A DNA stretch of 64,000 bases from Candidatus Gastranaerophilales bacterium (GTDB lineage Bacteria > Cyanobacteriota > Vampirovibrionia > Gastranaerophilales > Gastranaerophilaceae): the NCBI GenBank assembly GCA_944324835.1, contig CALUXV010000004.1, positions 763 to 64,762 on the forward strand, read 5' to 3'. This document shows, piece by piece, positions 9,213 through 20,385 of this stretch; position 1 is the stretch's first letter; the number at the start of each line of letters is the position of its first letter. The notes under the pieces were generated by a model, which did not search any database, was not told the DNA's origin, and saw only the letters and a program-made list of their open reading frames with translations. Position numbers and translations under genes: made by a program.

Positions 9213-9503
9213 ATGAACCTATTTGGGCCTGATGATGCAATAAAAAGCAACAAGGTTAATCAAAGCAATATTAACAAAATGTCATCTCCACTAAAGAATG
9301 ATGCAGAAAATCTGCCGATTAACTCAGTAGAGTCTGGGATAAAACCAGTCCAACTAGATGATTTCTTTGAGTTTTTAGATAAAAAAACTGTTCAAAAAAT
9401 AATGGAAACATCTCCTGAATCAAAAGCCAGAATTACTCAAAATGTTGCACAAATGGAATACGAAACAGACGGTGCTAGAGCAATCCTTAATTCACTTGGA
9501 TGA
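9213..9503 (+). CDS. Hypothetical small protein (96 aa)
   Basis: Strong SD AAGGAG 5 nt before the ATG. No family recognised. Confidence 0.55.
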   Translation: MNLFGPDDAIKSNKVNQSNINKMSSPLKNDAENLPINSVESGIKPVQLDDFFEFLDKKTVQKIMETSPESKARITQNVAQMEYETDGARAILNSLG

Positions 9504-9567
9504 TTCTTTTGTAATTTAATTGAAAATAGACCTTTTGTTTTATATAATTACTCCAAGAGGTAGTGAT

Positions 9568-10608
9568 ATGAAACATTTTGTGGGATCTTATATTGTAACG
9601 GCGCTCGGATTAATATGTGCATTTCTATGGGGGGAACACGTTAAACCCGGAAGCGGTTTAATCTGTGTATTCATTGCGTTTGTACTTAGTGTGTTGGAAG
9701 TCAGCTTATCTTTTGACAACGCTGTTGTAAATGCAATGAAACTTGAAAAGATGTCTGAAAAATGGCGTCATAGATTCATAACCTGGGGGATTGCAATCGC
9801 TGTATTCGGAATGCGTTTTTTATTCCCGCTTTTAGTTGTTTCAATATTTGCTAAATTAAATATCCTAAAAGTCCTACATATTGCACTTACCAACTCTCAA
9901 ATGTATGCATACTACTTGCATCAAACACATGCACCAATAGTAACGTTTGGCGGAGCATTTTTGATTATGTTGTTTATGGGTTACTTTATGAACCCTAAAA
10001 AAGAGCGTGATTGGATAAAACCTATTGAAAAAATCATGAGAAAAGTTCCGGGTAACAAAATTCTTGATACACTGATTGCTCTGGCTGTTGTTGATTTGGT
10101 ACAAATGTTTCAGCCGGCACCAATTAGATTAAATGTTTTGATATCAGGGATATCCGGAATATTAACCTACCTTATAATCGACAGTATTGCAGAAACATTA
10201 GAAAACGCTCAAAACAAACAGGAAAGAGAGTGCTGTAATTCTAAAAATTGGCTTAATTGTTCTTGTTTTGTAAGTTTTATGTATTTAGAACTTATCGACG
10301 CATCTTTTTCTCTTGACGGAGTTTTGGGAGCATTTGCATTAAGCAACGATATTATAATTATTACAATCGGACTTGCAATAGGTGCGATGTTTGTAAGGTC
10401 TTTGACACTATTGCTTGTAGAAGAAAAAACTTTAAAAAGTTATATATATTTAGAACACGGAGCGCATTGGGCAATTGGAGTTCTTGCAGTTATCATGTTT
10501 ATATCAACAATACATGAAGTACCGGAAGTTGTAACAGGACTTTCAGGTCTTGCATTTATTGTTGCAGCTCTAATATCTTCTATTAAAGCGCCAAAGGAGA
10601 ATAATTAA
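9568..10608 (+). CDS. Integral membrane protein, DUF475/TerC-like
   Basis: Motifs 'SLSFDNAVVNA' and 'DASFSLDGVLGAFALS'; multiple TM helices. I chose the ATG at 9568 (SD AAGAGG upstream) rather than the TTG at 9520 given in the ORF track. Confidence 0.7.
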   Translation: MKHFVGSYIVTALGLICAFLWGEHVKPGSGLICVFIAFVLSVLEVSLSFDNAVVNAMKLEKMSEKWRHRFITWGIAIAVFGMRFLFPLLVVSIFAKLNILKVLHIALTNSQMYAYYLHQTHAPIVTFGGAFLIMLFMGYFMNPKKERDWIKPIEKIMRKVPGNKILDTLIALAVVDLVQMFQPAPIRLNVLISGISGILTYLIIDSIAETLENAQNKQERECCNSKNWLNCSCFVSFMYLELIDASFSLDGVLGAFALSNDIIIITIGLAIGAMFVRSLTLLLVEEKTLKSYIYLEHGAHWAIGVLAVIMFISTIHEVPEVVTGLSGLAFIVAALISSIKAPKENN

Positions 10609-11636
10609 TGAAAATCCTTTCCGGTATGAGCTTAAAAGAGATTGAAGAATTAGTTTTGGATTTAAAAGCATCAAAATTCCGTGCAAAACAAATTCATAAC
10701 TGGATTTATTTAAAATCAGTTGCAAGTATAGATGAAATGACTGATTTATCAAAACAGTTCAGAGAAGAGTTTAAACAAATTGCACAGGTTACAGATACTA
10801 AAATCAAAGTAAAACAGGTAAGCAATGACGGTACAATCAAATATCTAATAGAATATCCTGATGGCGAATGTGTAGAAACAGTTTTGATGCGGTTTGATAA
10901 CAGGGCTAATTTAACAGCCTGCGTAAGTTCTCAAATCGGGTGTTCCGTTAATTGCTCTTTTTGTGCAACAGGGAAACGAGGTTTTATCAGAAACCTTACA
11001 TATCAGGAAATAATTGAACAAGTTTTAACAATCCAGAGGGATACCGGCTTAAAAATTACAAATGTCGTATTTATGGGGCAGGGAGAACCATTGTTAAACT
11101 TGGACAATGTTTTAAAAGCTCTCGATATATTTAATAATGATTTTCAAATAGGAGCACGGCGTATAACAATTTCTACAAGCGGAATTATTCCTAAAATAAA
11201 AGAACTTGCAGAGAAAGAACTGCAATCTACTCTTGCCATATCATTACATGCTTCAAACCACGCTGTAAGACGTGAAATTATGCCGATTGAGAATAAGTAT
11301 CCAATAAATGAACTTATTGAATCATTAAAATATTATGTTAACAAAACAGGACGCCGTATAACGGTTGAATACATTTTAATAAAAGGTTTGAACTGTACAA
11401 TAGAATCCGCAAAAGAACTTTCTCATCTTCTGCACGATTTGAAATGTAATATAAATCTTATTCCGTATAATCCGGTAGTAAAGACCGGTTATCAAAAGCC
11501 ATCAAACAATGAAATCATGAAATTTAAATATTTACTGGAGCATTCCGGCAAAAAAGTTACAGTCAGACTTGAAAGAGGTTCCGATATTGATGCAGCCTGC
11601 GGACAATTGAGCGGAAAGGTTAATAAGAATGAATAA
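10608..11636 (+). CDS. rlmN: 23S rRNA/tRNA (adenine-C2)-methyltransferase RlmN (radical SAM)
   Basis: 342 aa. Radical-SAM cluster motif 'CSVNCSFCATG', plus 'MGQGEPL' and the C-terminal 'DIDAACGQL'. The start overlaps the previous stop (TAATG). Confidence 0.92.
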   Translation: MKILSGMSLKEIEELVLDLKASKFRAKQIHNWIYLKSVASIDEMTDLSKQFREEFKQIAQVTDTKIKVKQVSNDGTIKYLIEYPDGECVETVLMRFDNRANLTACVSSQIGCSVNCSFCATGKRGFIRNLTYQEIIEQVLTIQRDTGLKITNVVFMGQGEPLLNLDNVLKALDIFNNDFQIGARRITISTSGIIPKIKELAEKELQSTLAISLHASNHAVRREIMPIENKYPINELIESLKYYVNKTGRRITVEYILIKGLNCTIESAKELSHLLHDLKCNINLIPYNPVVKTGYQKPSNNEIMKFKYLLEHSGKKVTVRLERGSDIDAACGQLSGKVNKNE

Positions 11637-13527
11637 GGTTTTTGAAAAAAATATTAATGCTTTAAAAGATAGTAATCTAAGAGAAAAATTATTAAACTAT
11701 GAGTATAAAGAAAAACCGGTACTTGCAGCAACAAATGGATATAATATCCAATACCAAGGCCGCTACCTGCACAGTGAAGAAAACCCTCTTGCAGAATCTC
11801 AAATTATTATAAATAATTCTAAAAATATAGTTGATAATATCCACATTGTTTATGGGCTTGGATTAGGATATTTGTTTCAATTAGCGGTAAGAGATGCTAA
11901 AGATGCCGTTTTGTTATATGAACCGAATTTAGATATTCTATACAACGCCTTTACACTTGTTGATTTTACAAATGAATTATCAAAAAATAATGTTTTTGTG
12001 TTTACAAATTTTGATAAATTATTAGATTTTATTGCCAATAGTACAAAACGCAATACAACTGTAGAGATTTTAAGTTTGCCAAGCTATAGAGAAATGTATA
12101 AAGATGTTTTCGATGATCAGACTAAAAAGCTAGAACTGGCTTTTGGCAGTGTATTATTAGATTATGAATATAAACGCAAAAGACTATTTAATACAACATT
12201 AACAGCAATAAAAAATTTACCGCAGTTATTACATGAACTCCCGGTAAATTGTTATGAAGATTTATACTCCGGAGAAACGGCAATAATTGTATCTGCAGGA
12301 CCTACTCTTGGCGAAAATATTGAACTATTAAAAAAATATCAGGATAATGTAACGATTTTCTCTGTCGGAACAGCGGTGAAAACTCTGGCTAAAAATGGAA
12401 TTAAACCGGATTATCTTTGTATTATTGAAAGTTATGATTGCTCTAAACAAGTAGAAGGTGTAGATTTGTCAGACGTCACATTAATTTCTGAACCATATAC
12501 ACACAAAAATATCCATGCCTTAAATACAAAAACAAAATTATTACATATATCCGCCAATATGCCTATAAGCCAATTTTTTGCAGATATAGCAAATATAAAT
12601 AACTATGGTTATTTAGCACAGGGAACCGTTTCATTTATGGCAATCAATACAGCTGTAAAAATGGGATTTTCAAAAATTATTCTTGTTGGTCAGGATTTGG
12701 CATATATAGACGGGCAATGTTATTCAAAAGATTCTGTATATGAAGATTTAATTTGCCAATATAATTCAGATATTAATAAATATGAAATTACAGCTAAAGA
12801 TATAAAAAAATATGCAGATGCAACTTTTCCTAATAGAAAAGAAGACGAAAAAATCCCTGCAGCAGAAAAACGCCTTCAATATTTAAATTCAAAACTTTAT
12901 TTTGTAAAAGGTATTGATGGGAAATCTATCCCTACAGAAGCTGGATACGCATCTTTCATTCGCCATATTTCCAATTATGCAAAACAATTAGAGAATATTG
13001 AATTGATAAATACTTCAATGAAAGGAGCATTGATTGAAGGTTTTGAAAATAAACCTTTAGAAGATGTAATTAAAGAATGCACAAATAAGAAAAAATTAAT
13101 ACCTAATCAGCAATACACTTATAATAAAGAATTGATTGTTTCAAATCTCAATATAACTCTTACAAACCTTAAAAAATGTTTAGAAATATGTAATGAATGC
13201 GGCAAATACGCATCCAGATTAAGTATGGATTATAAACGAAATAAAGTTATAGATAAGGATAAACTTTTAAGAATTCGTCATCTAATAGAAGAATACACCA
13301 AACTTAATAATTATAATAATAAAGAAAGTTTACTCTTTAAATTCGTAACAGCTCCGGAAGAAATGGAATTAAATGATAGCTTGAGCAGAGTAAAAGATTA
13401 TAACGAAAAAACAACCCCAAAAGTTATTCAGTCATTGAAAGATTATTACGAAAAAACAAATCCGAGAGCCGCATATACAATAGCGACGCTGGAAGATTCA
13501 ATTAAGGAAATCGAGGGAGAAAAATAG
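11629..13527 (+). CDS. Motility-accessory-factor (Maf)-like protein, DUF115/MptE-like core; putative flagellin glycosyltransferase
   Basis: 632 aa. 'AIIVSAGPTLGEN' and 'IILVGQDLAY' resemble the Maf/DUF115 core. Overlaps rlmN by 8 nt. Confidence 0.65.
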   Translation: MNKVFEKNINALKDSNLREKLLNYEYKEKPVLAATNGYNIQYQGRYLHSEENPLAESQIIINNSKNIVDNIHIVYGLGLGYLFQLAVRDAKDAVLLYEPNLDILYNAFTLVDFTNELSKNNVFVFTNFDKLLDFIANSTKRNTTVEILSLPSYREMYKDVFDDQTKKLELAFGSVLLDYEYKRKRLFNTTLTAIKNLPQLLHELPVNCYEDLYSGETAIIVSAGPTLGENIELLKKYQDNVTIFSVGTAVKTLAKNGIKPDYLCIIESYDCSKQVEGVDLSDVTLISEPYTHKNIHALNTKTKLLHISANMPISQFFADIANINNYGYLAQGTVSFMAINTAVKMGFSKIILVGQDLAYIDGQCYSKDSVYEDLICQYNSDINKYEITAKDIKKYADATFPNRKEDEKIPAAEKRLQYLNSKLYFVKGIDGKSIPTEAGYASFIRHISNYAKQLENIELINTSMKGALIEGFENKPLEDVIKECTNKKKLIPNQQYTYNKELIVSNLNITLTNLKKCLEICNECGKYASRLSMDYKRNKVIDKDKLLRIRHLIEEYTKLNNYNNKESLLFKFVTAPEEMELNDSLSRVKDYNEKTTPKVIQSLKDYYEKTNPRAAYTIATLEDSIKEIEGEK

Positions 13528-13964
13528 TGATAGGTTTATTACAACGGGTTAAAAAAGCATCCGTAACAATAGATAATGAATTATATTCCGAAATCGGAGC
13601 CGGAATTCTTGTACTTTTTGGAGTAGAAAAAGGAGATACTAAAGATAAAGCAGACAAAATTGCGGATAAAATTTCAAAACTTAGAATTTTTGAAGACGAA
13701 GATGAAAAAATGAACAAATCAATAATTGATATTTCCGGAGAAATTCTTGTTGTATCACAATTTACACTTGCCGGAAATTGTTCTAAAGGAACAAGACCTA
13801 GTTTTGATAATGCAGAAGCCCCAGATAAAGCAAACGAAATGTATGAGTATTTTATAGAACAATTAAAATCAAAAGGTATTCCGGTTAAAACAGGAGTTTT
13901 TGGGGCAATGATGGATGTTGGCTTAATAAATGACGGCCCTGTAACATTCATCTTAAATAAGTAA
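13527..13964 (+). CDS. dtd: D-aminoacyl-tRNA deacylase
   Basis: 145 aa. 'MIGLLQRVKKASV', 'SQFTLAG', 'GTRPSF', 'NDGPVT'. The GTG start overlaps the previous stop (TAGTG). Confidence 0.92.
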   Translation: MIGLLQRVKKASVTIDNELYSEIGAGILVLFGVEKGDTKDKADKIADKISKLRIFEDEDEKMNKSIIDISGEILVVSQFTLAGNCSKGTRPSFDNAEAPDKANEMYEYFIEQLKSKGIPVKTGVFGAMMDVGLINDGPVTFILNK

Positions 13965-13972
13965 TCTAATTT

Positions 13973-14926
13973 TTATATATAATTTAAAATCGACATTGAA
14001 TTAAACTTTGTAAATACTTGCATGCTTGCCTGATATGCATACTGGCTGGAATACCATTCAGTTATTGCCTCTGTCATATCAATATCTTCTGCACCGGATA
14101 AAAACTCTTTTAAATTTAATTTTGTTGAATTAAGAGAATTTGAAAACATTTCTAACTTATTATTAATTGTTCCTAATCTGGAATTTATACCTGAAATTTG
14201 ATTAATTGAATGAGTAAAATTATCCAGTAAATTTGTTATATCGGTATGAGTTTTACCATTATTATTTACAATATCTTCCAATGTATTTTTAAAATCTATT
14301 AATTCCCCCATGATACCGGTTGGGTGCCCTTCGGCATCGGCATCTCCAAAGACTTCAAAGCCTGTCACATTCCCTGTTTGAAAAACTCCTTCAGAAATTT
14401 CTAATTGTCTTTCCCATTCCCCATAAGGCATTGTCCCATTATATTTTATTCCTATAATATTATTGTTTTTATCATATTGAACTTCATAAGGCGGAGTTTG
14501 TGTATTTGTACCGCTGAAAATATAATTCCCTTTATACTTCGTATTTGCACTACTAACAATTGATTCTATAAGAGTATCAACTTCTTCTAATATTGAATTT
14601 AATCTTTCTTCAGAAAAAGTTTCATTCGCTGCAGATGTTGCAAGATCTTTCACCCTTTGAACTTTTTCGATTACTATATCAATACTATCCATTGATTGAT
14701 TAAGTTCATTTGCTAGAGTTGAAATATTATCCTGCCAAACATCTATTCTATTTAACTCCCGTTTAGTATCTATTATATCAATAGCTTCTGACGGATTATC
14801 AATAATTGAATTAATTTTCTTACCCGACGAAATTTTAGTAGTCAAATCCGCATATTTATTATAACTTTGCTGCATGTTGCGGACAAGTTCTGCATTTATT
14901 GAAGATGTTGTTACTCTATGTACCAT
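13973..14926 (-). CDS. flgL: Flagellar hook-associated protein 3 (FlgL)
   Basis: 317 aa. Flagellin-type N-terminus ('SSGKKINSIIDNPSEA') and C-terminus ('DMTEAITEW...YAYQASMQV'). Lies immediately downstream of flgK. Confidence 0.8.
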   Translation of the reverse strand: MVHRVTTSSINAELVRNMQQSYNKYADLTTKISSGKKINSIIDNPSEAIDIIDTKRELNRIDVWQDNISTLANELNQSMDSIDIVIEKVQRVKDLATSAANETFSEERLNSILEEVDTLIESIVSSANTKYKGNYIFSGTNTQTPPYEVQYDKNNNIIGIKYNGTMPYGEWERQLEISEGVFQTGNVTGFEVFGDADAEGHPTGIMGELIDFKNTLEDIVNNNGKTHTDITNLLDNFTHSINQISGINSRLGTINNKLEMFSNSLNSTKLNLKEFLSGAEDIDMTEAITEWYSSQYAYQASMQVFTKFNSMSILNYI

Positions 14927-14929
14927 AAC

Positions 14930-16477
14930 TCACTCTCCAAGTCTTACAAGAGTATCTAAAACATTGTTGCATACATTAAAAACTCTGGCAGAGGCAGTAA
15001 ATGCATTCTGAAATTTTATCAAATCAGTAATTTCTTCGTTTAAATTTACACCTGTTTGTTCACTGATTTTGTTATCTAATGTTTGTACAACAGAATCTTG
15101 CATTGCAGCTTCATTTGTTTTTGATTCGTATGAAGATGTTATTTCACCAATAATCCCATCATACATTTTCTCAATAGAATTTGCCGTATTTCTGGTATTC
15201 AACATCGCAATAATATTATCGGCATTACCTACCGCATTAATATCCGGATTATTATCAGGGAAGTATGCCGCTGCAATTTTGTTATATCCATCATCTTGCA
15301 ATAAAAGAGGATTTACTGAAATATTTTCGGCAGTAATTGTATTTGTATTATCATTTGTTATAAAAATTTTATAATCATCAATATTTTCGTTAGTGAGTTC
15401 AATATTGCCGTCTACATTTGCAATATAATATGCGCCTTCTCTTGTTTGAATTTCGTTAAATGTATCAGCAATCGTTTTTGCCAGAGTATCTAAATCACCT
15501 TTTATTTCTTTTACCGTATTTGTCGAATCTAAAATCCCGCCTATTAAACCTGTATCAAATCTTTTGTTTAAATTGTGATATTTTATTTCATCATTTTTTC
15601 CAAAGGTTATTACTGCATTACTTGTATTTGTATTTTCGATATCAATATTTTCACAATATTCATCATATTTTATAGCAGTTTCTACACCCAAATAACCTTC
15701 TACACCTTCTCCGGATATAATATTTATACCGCCAAGAGAGAGTTTTACCGTACCATCAAATTGTATTTCTGTATCGAAATCACCATATTGAGCAATTTCT
15801 TTAAGGATTGTATCTCTTTTATCTAAGAGGGCATTATTTTCCAAAGAACCTGTTTGAGAATTAGCAAGCATTTTATTTATGCCGGCTAATTCATCAAACG
15901 ATTGGTTAAGACCCTCAATTGTTGATTTAATTTTAGAATGGTTTAATGATTCTTTGCTTTTTCCATTACCATTATTGCCTTCTTCTGTATCGTCTAATCT
16001 TTTGGAAACTTTATTCATTGCTTTTACAAGCGTTGATACAGCTTTTGTAAAAGCAATTCTTGCATTCATATCATTCGGAGTTTGGTTTAAATTGTTTATT
16101 GCGTCATAAAAAGCTTGAAGAGCAGCGTCAAGACCCTGCTCTTCAAGGTCATCAAATACGTTTGCAATATTAGTCATTGTGTTTTTTTGTTCGTTTAAAT
16201 AGGATTGTTCTGTTATTTGGTCGTTGTAATAAGAGTTTAAAAAATCTGTTGAATACCTTTCTATACTAGTAATTTCAACACCTGCATCCGTATTTATTTG
16301 TGAGTTAATATTATTTCCGACAGGGATATCTATTGTTAATGCTGAAAGATTTACTTTTTGCTTATGATATCCTTCAGTATTCATATTTGCAATATTGTTT
16401 GAAACAACATTAATCGCTGATTGATTAACATTCAATGCTGTTCCTGATATATGTAATGTAGAAAACAGATTACTCAT
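14930..16477 (-). CDS. flgK: Flagellar hook-associated protein 1 (FlgK)
   Basis: 515 aa. N-terminus 'LHISGTALNVNQSAINVVSNNIANMNTEGY' and C-terminus 'NLNEEITDLIKFQNAFTASARV'. Confidence 0.85.
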   Translation of the reverse strand: MSNLFSTLHISGTALNVNQSAINVVSNNIANMNTEGYHKQKVNLSALTIDIPVGNNINSQINTDAGVEITSIERYSTDFLNSYYNDQITEQSYLNEQKNTMTNIANVFDDLEEQGLDAALQAFYDAINNLNQTPNDMNARIAFTKAVSTLVKAMNKVSKRLDDTEEGNNGNGKSKESLNHSKIKSTIEGLNQSFDELAGINKMLANSQTGSLENNALLDKRDTILKEIAQYGDFDTEIQFDGTVKLSLGGINIISGEGVEGYLGVETAIKYDEYCENIDIENTNTSNAVITFGKNDEIKYHNLNKRFDTGLIGGILDSTNTVKEIKGDLDTLAKTIADTFNEIQTREGAYYIANVDGNIELTNENIDDYKIFITNDNTNTITAENISVNPLLLQDDGYNKIAAAYFPDNNPDINAVGNADNIIAMLNTRNTANSIEKMYDGIIGEITSSYESKTNEAAMQDSVVQTLDNKISEQTGVNLNEEITDLIKFQNAFTASARVFNVCNNVLDTLVRLGE

Positions 16478-16491
16478 AAAAATACTCCTTG

Positions 16492-16971
16492 TTATACTAC
16501 TCTAACAATAGTACTTAATACTACGTTTGAGACGGATTCCTTTCCGTGTTTGGAATAATTTGTTTTTTTAGGTGATAAAACTCCGATAATTATATTTACA
16601 CTTTTGTCAGTTAAAGAAATTCCATATTCTAATAATTCTAAATTCTCCTTATATAACTCTGAAATTTCTTTTGAAAGAGTTGAAAACTGTTCTTTGTATC
16701 TTTCTAAGTTGCAGATATATTGCGGAGCCTTTTTTCTTGCTAAATTAATAAGAGTTGTAATATTAAGATGTGTACCGCCAGTAAGTTTTATCCTTTCTTC
16801 ATTTACTTTTTCAATACGTTTTACATGTTCAATAATTCTAGAGTCAATTTCAGACAATTTATTTACTTCATTTTGGATGATAATTAGTTTTTTGGCAGCG
16901 AAAAGTTCACGCATATCTGCGTATAATACGATTTCTTTATTCATTATGTCCATTAATGAATGAAAGTCCAT
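16492..16971 (-). CDS. flgN: FlgN-like flagellar export chaperone (assigned from context)
   Basis: 159 aa, helical, directly upstream of flgK-flgL. SD GGGAGG. The sequence itself is weakly diagnostic. Confidence 0.5.
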   Translation of the reverse strand: MDFHSLMDIMNKEIVLYADMRELFAAKKLIIIQNEVNKLSEIDSRIIEHVKRIEKVNEERIKLTGGTHLNITTLINLARKKAPQYICNLERYKEQFSTLSKEISELYKENLELLEYGISLTDKSVNIIIGVLSPKKTNYSKHGKESVSNVVLSTIVRVV

Positions 16972-17273
16972 TTTGCCGCCTCCCTGGCTGCCATATACTA
17001 ATTATTTGACATCCTCAAATCCGTATGAGAATTGTTCTTTTTGTAACCGGTCAGATTTTAATTTAATATAATCCGTTATTAATTCAAAACTAAACCGATT
17101 GGTAAATGTATATACACATTATTTATTATGTGTCTATTTTTTGCAAGTCTAAAATTTGAAAACTGAAATAATTTGTTACAATTCATTCTTCTAATTTCTT
17201 CATTCTTTCCCTGTTGATTAGTATTTTTGTTTGTATTAGGATATGAATGTTGAGAGAAAATTACTTTACATAA

Positions 17274-18293
<1,020 letters not shown>

Positions 18294-18316
18294 TTAGAAT
18301 AATTTAATTATAAATG

Positions 18317-18346
18317 AGAGGGTTCATTAATTTGAACCCTCTTTTT
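18317..18346 (+). terminator. Intrinsic terminator of gap
   Basis: 10-bp stem agagggttca / tgaaccctct followed by a T-run. Confidence 0.85.
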
Positions 18347-18405
18347 AATTTCATAAAAAAATTTAATAGAATTCTGTTATCTATACAGATAATAAATTAA
18401 ATATT

Positions 18406-20238
18406 TTAAGCAATTTCTTCTGTCAAATCTTGAATTTCATCAATCAATTTTGCATCTTTAACTTTGTCAGCATATTTCAAGGCTTTTTTTAACAATACTC
18501 TTGCCTTTGCAGGATTTTTTAATTCCAGCATTAATTCTGCAGCTGCTTTATAATTTTCAGCAAGATTTTCTTGAGAACGTGCATCTGTATAATTTTTTAC
18601 AGCGTCAGCATAAAATCTCATAGCTTTATCAGGTTTATTAAAGTTGGTATAAGCACCAGCAGTATTACTTGAAACAAATCCTTTTGTCACTGAATCATTA
18701 GTCTGTGATATTAAAATATTTGCTTCCGCATAAAACTCAAATGCACGTTTATCATATTTATCTGAAAAAATATTGGCAATTTTTGTTAATGATGTTGATT
18801 GTGCAACCAAATTATCATTTTCTCCTGCATAAGAAACTGAAGTTAAATAATGTTCTAAAGCCGGTTCAACTTGATTAACATCATCATAAATTTGAGCCAT
18901 TGAATAATGCGCTTGAGTTTTAATACTATTATCTGTTGTCGATTTAAGTGAACGATTATAGCTGTTTAATGCCTGTACAACATAATTATTATCATCGTAT
19001 ATCTTACCCATTTCAAGACAAATTTTAGACTGGGTCTCACCGTCGTTAATTTGCTGTGCTCTGACTAACGCTCTATGGAACATATCCATTGCTTTGGCCG
19101 GATTATGAGCAAATACATGCTTTTTAGCCTGTATAAATAAGGATTTTAATTCGTTATCTTCAGGTATAATAGTAACTTGAGGTTTTGGACGTTTTTGAAC
19201 TACAGGTTTTTGAGGAACATAATCATTAATAGGTGATGTTACATGCGAATTTACTTGGCCCGCCGGTTGTTCCTGGTATTCTACCGGCTGTTGAATCGGT
19301 TCATACTGTGTATAATTTGTAACTTGTTCTGAAACCGGCTCTGGCTTAGCTTGTTCCATTTCCTGAGCAGCTTTAGCTTCTTGTTCTGCTTTAGCCTGTT
19401 TTGCACGTTTTTCTTCTTCACTTTCAGGGAATTTAACTAAAAATGCTTTATTAACTTCTCCATCATTATAGTGATAGTTTATTCTTTGCAAAAATAAAGC
19501 ATCTAGCCATTTCGCAACAACTACAGATTTTTTATTAAGAGTTTCAGAAATATATCTGTCTAATATATTTGCAGCATTCATCAAATTTGTTTGTACAAGG
19601 TTGATGGAAGGAGCTTCACCTTTTGTATTTACTTCAATTTCTTGCAGATAATCTTCAACTTCTTCCCGAAGGATATCAGGAGTACCAATTGCAGAAATTG
19701 TACTTCTAAAATCTTTAAGAATCTGCGCAATATTAATCTTATTACTTGTTGCTGCACTTGGCCTGCTGTCTGGAGCCGCAGGTGCCGGGCTTTCTGCTTC
19801 ATAAACTTGCGGTTGAATTTGCTCTTGAACCGCAGGTTTGTCCATACTATGCTGCACAACAGGTTGTTGCGGCATTTGTTGAGGTCGTACAGGTTGAGGT
19901 CTAACAGGCTGCACACCTTGCTGAATCGGACGAGGCTGTACTTGTTGCTGTCCAGCATTTTGAGAATTTGCTGGTTTAGTATTTGATTCTACTCGTCTTG
20001 GTGTCGGACGAGGTTCTATATGACGACGAACAGGACGTTGTTGTTTTACGACATCTGATGCTTTACCTCTTGCGATAGTTTTAGGTTGGTTTTGTTGATT
20101 TTGTTGGTTCTGCTGTTGATTATTACGTCCGCCATCTTGCTGCAAAGAATCCTGAGTCTTTTGTTCAGACTCCTCTTCTCTTCTATATCCCTGAGACATA
20201 TAAGGTCTTGGGCCTATTGGATTCATCGCATTGTACAC
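18406..20238 (-). CDS. TPR-repeat protein with Gln/Pro-rich low-complexity N-terminal half
   Basis: 610 aa. N-terminal 'QQQNQQNQQNQ' and PQ-rich stretch; C-terminal ~250 aa have TPR-like periodicity ('AMDMFHRAL', 'ALNSYNRSL', 'ALEHYLTSV', 'AMRFYADAV'). Confidence 0.7.
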   Translation of the reverse strand: MYNAMNPIGPRPYMSQGYRREEESEQKTQDSLQQDGGRNNQQQNQQNQQNQPKTIARGKASDVVKQQRPVRRHIEPRPTPRRVESNTKPANSQNAGQQQVQPRPIQQGVQPVRPQPVRPQQMPQQPVVQHSMDKPAVQEQIQPQVYEAESPAPAAPDSRPSAATSNKINIAQILKDFRSTISAIGTPDILREEVEDYLQEIEVNTKGEAPSINLVQTNLMNAANILDRYISETLNKKSVVVAKWLDALFLQRINYHYNDGEVNKAFLVKFPESEEEKRAKQAKAEQEAKAAQEMEQAKPEPVSEQVTNYTQYEPIQQPVEYQEQPAGQVNSHVTSPINDYVPQKPVVQKRPKPQVTIIPEDNELKSLFIQAKKHVFAHNPAKAMDMFHRALVRAQQINDGETQSKICLEMGKIYDDNNYVVQALNSYNRSLKSTTDNSIKTQAHYSMAQIYDDVNQVEPALEHYLTSVSYAGENDNLVAQSTSLTKIANIFSDKYDKRAFEFYAEANILISQTNDSVTKGFVSSNTAGAYTNFNKPDKAMRFYADAVKNYTDARSQENLAENYKAAAELMLELKNPAKARVLLKKALKYADKVKDAKLIDEIQDLTEEIA

Positions 20239-20385
20239 TTACAAACCGTCCTTCCTAGAAAGATTATCGTCTATTATACCACTTTAGTTTAACCTTTCTA
20301 CAGCGAAATCATACTTTTGTATGACTTCAACATGGTTTATAATGATTTTTCAATAAAAGTCATGAGGTTTGTTAAGACATGTTAA

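Noticed and set aside
9504-9567. yybP-ykoY (Mn2+) riboswitch upstream of the TerC/DUF475-like membrane gene
   Set aside because: Only 64 nt are available, with none of the conserved GGGGAGUAG-type core. That is too short for the aptamer.
13502-13951. 149-aa minus-strand ORF fully overlapping dtd
   Set aside because: Its Ser/Ile/Leu/Phe-rich composition is typical of the antisense frame of an AT-rich gene. dtd has unambiguous conserved motifs and is translationally coupled to the upstream gene.
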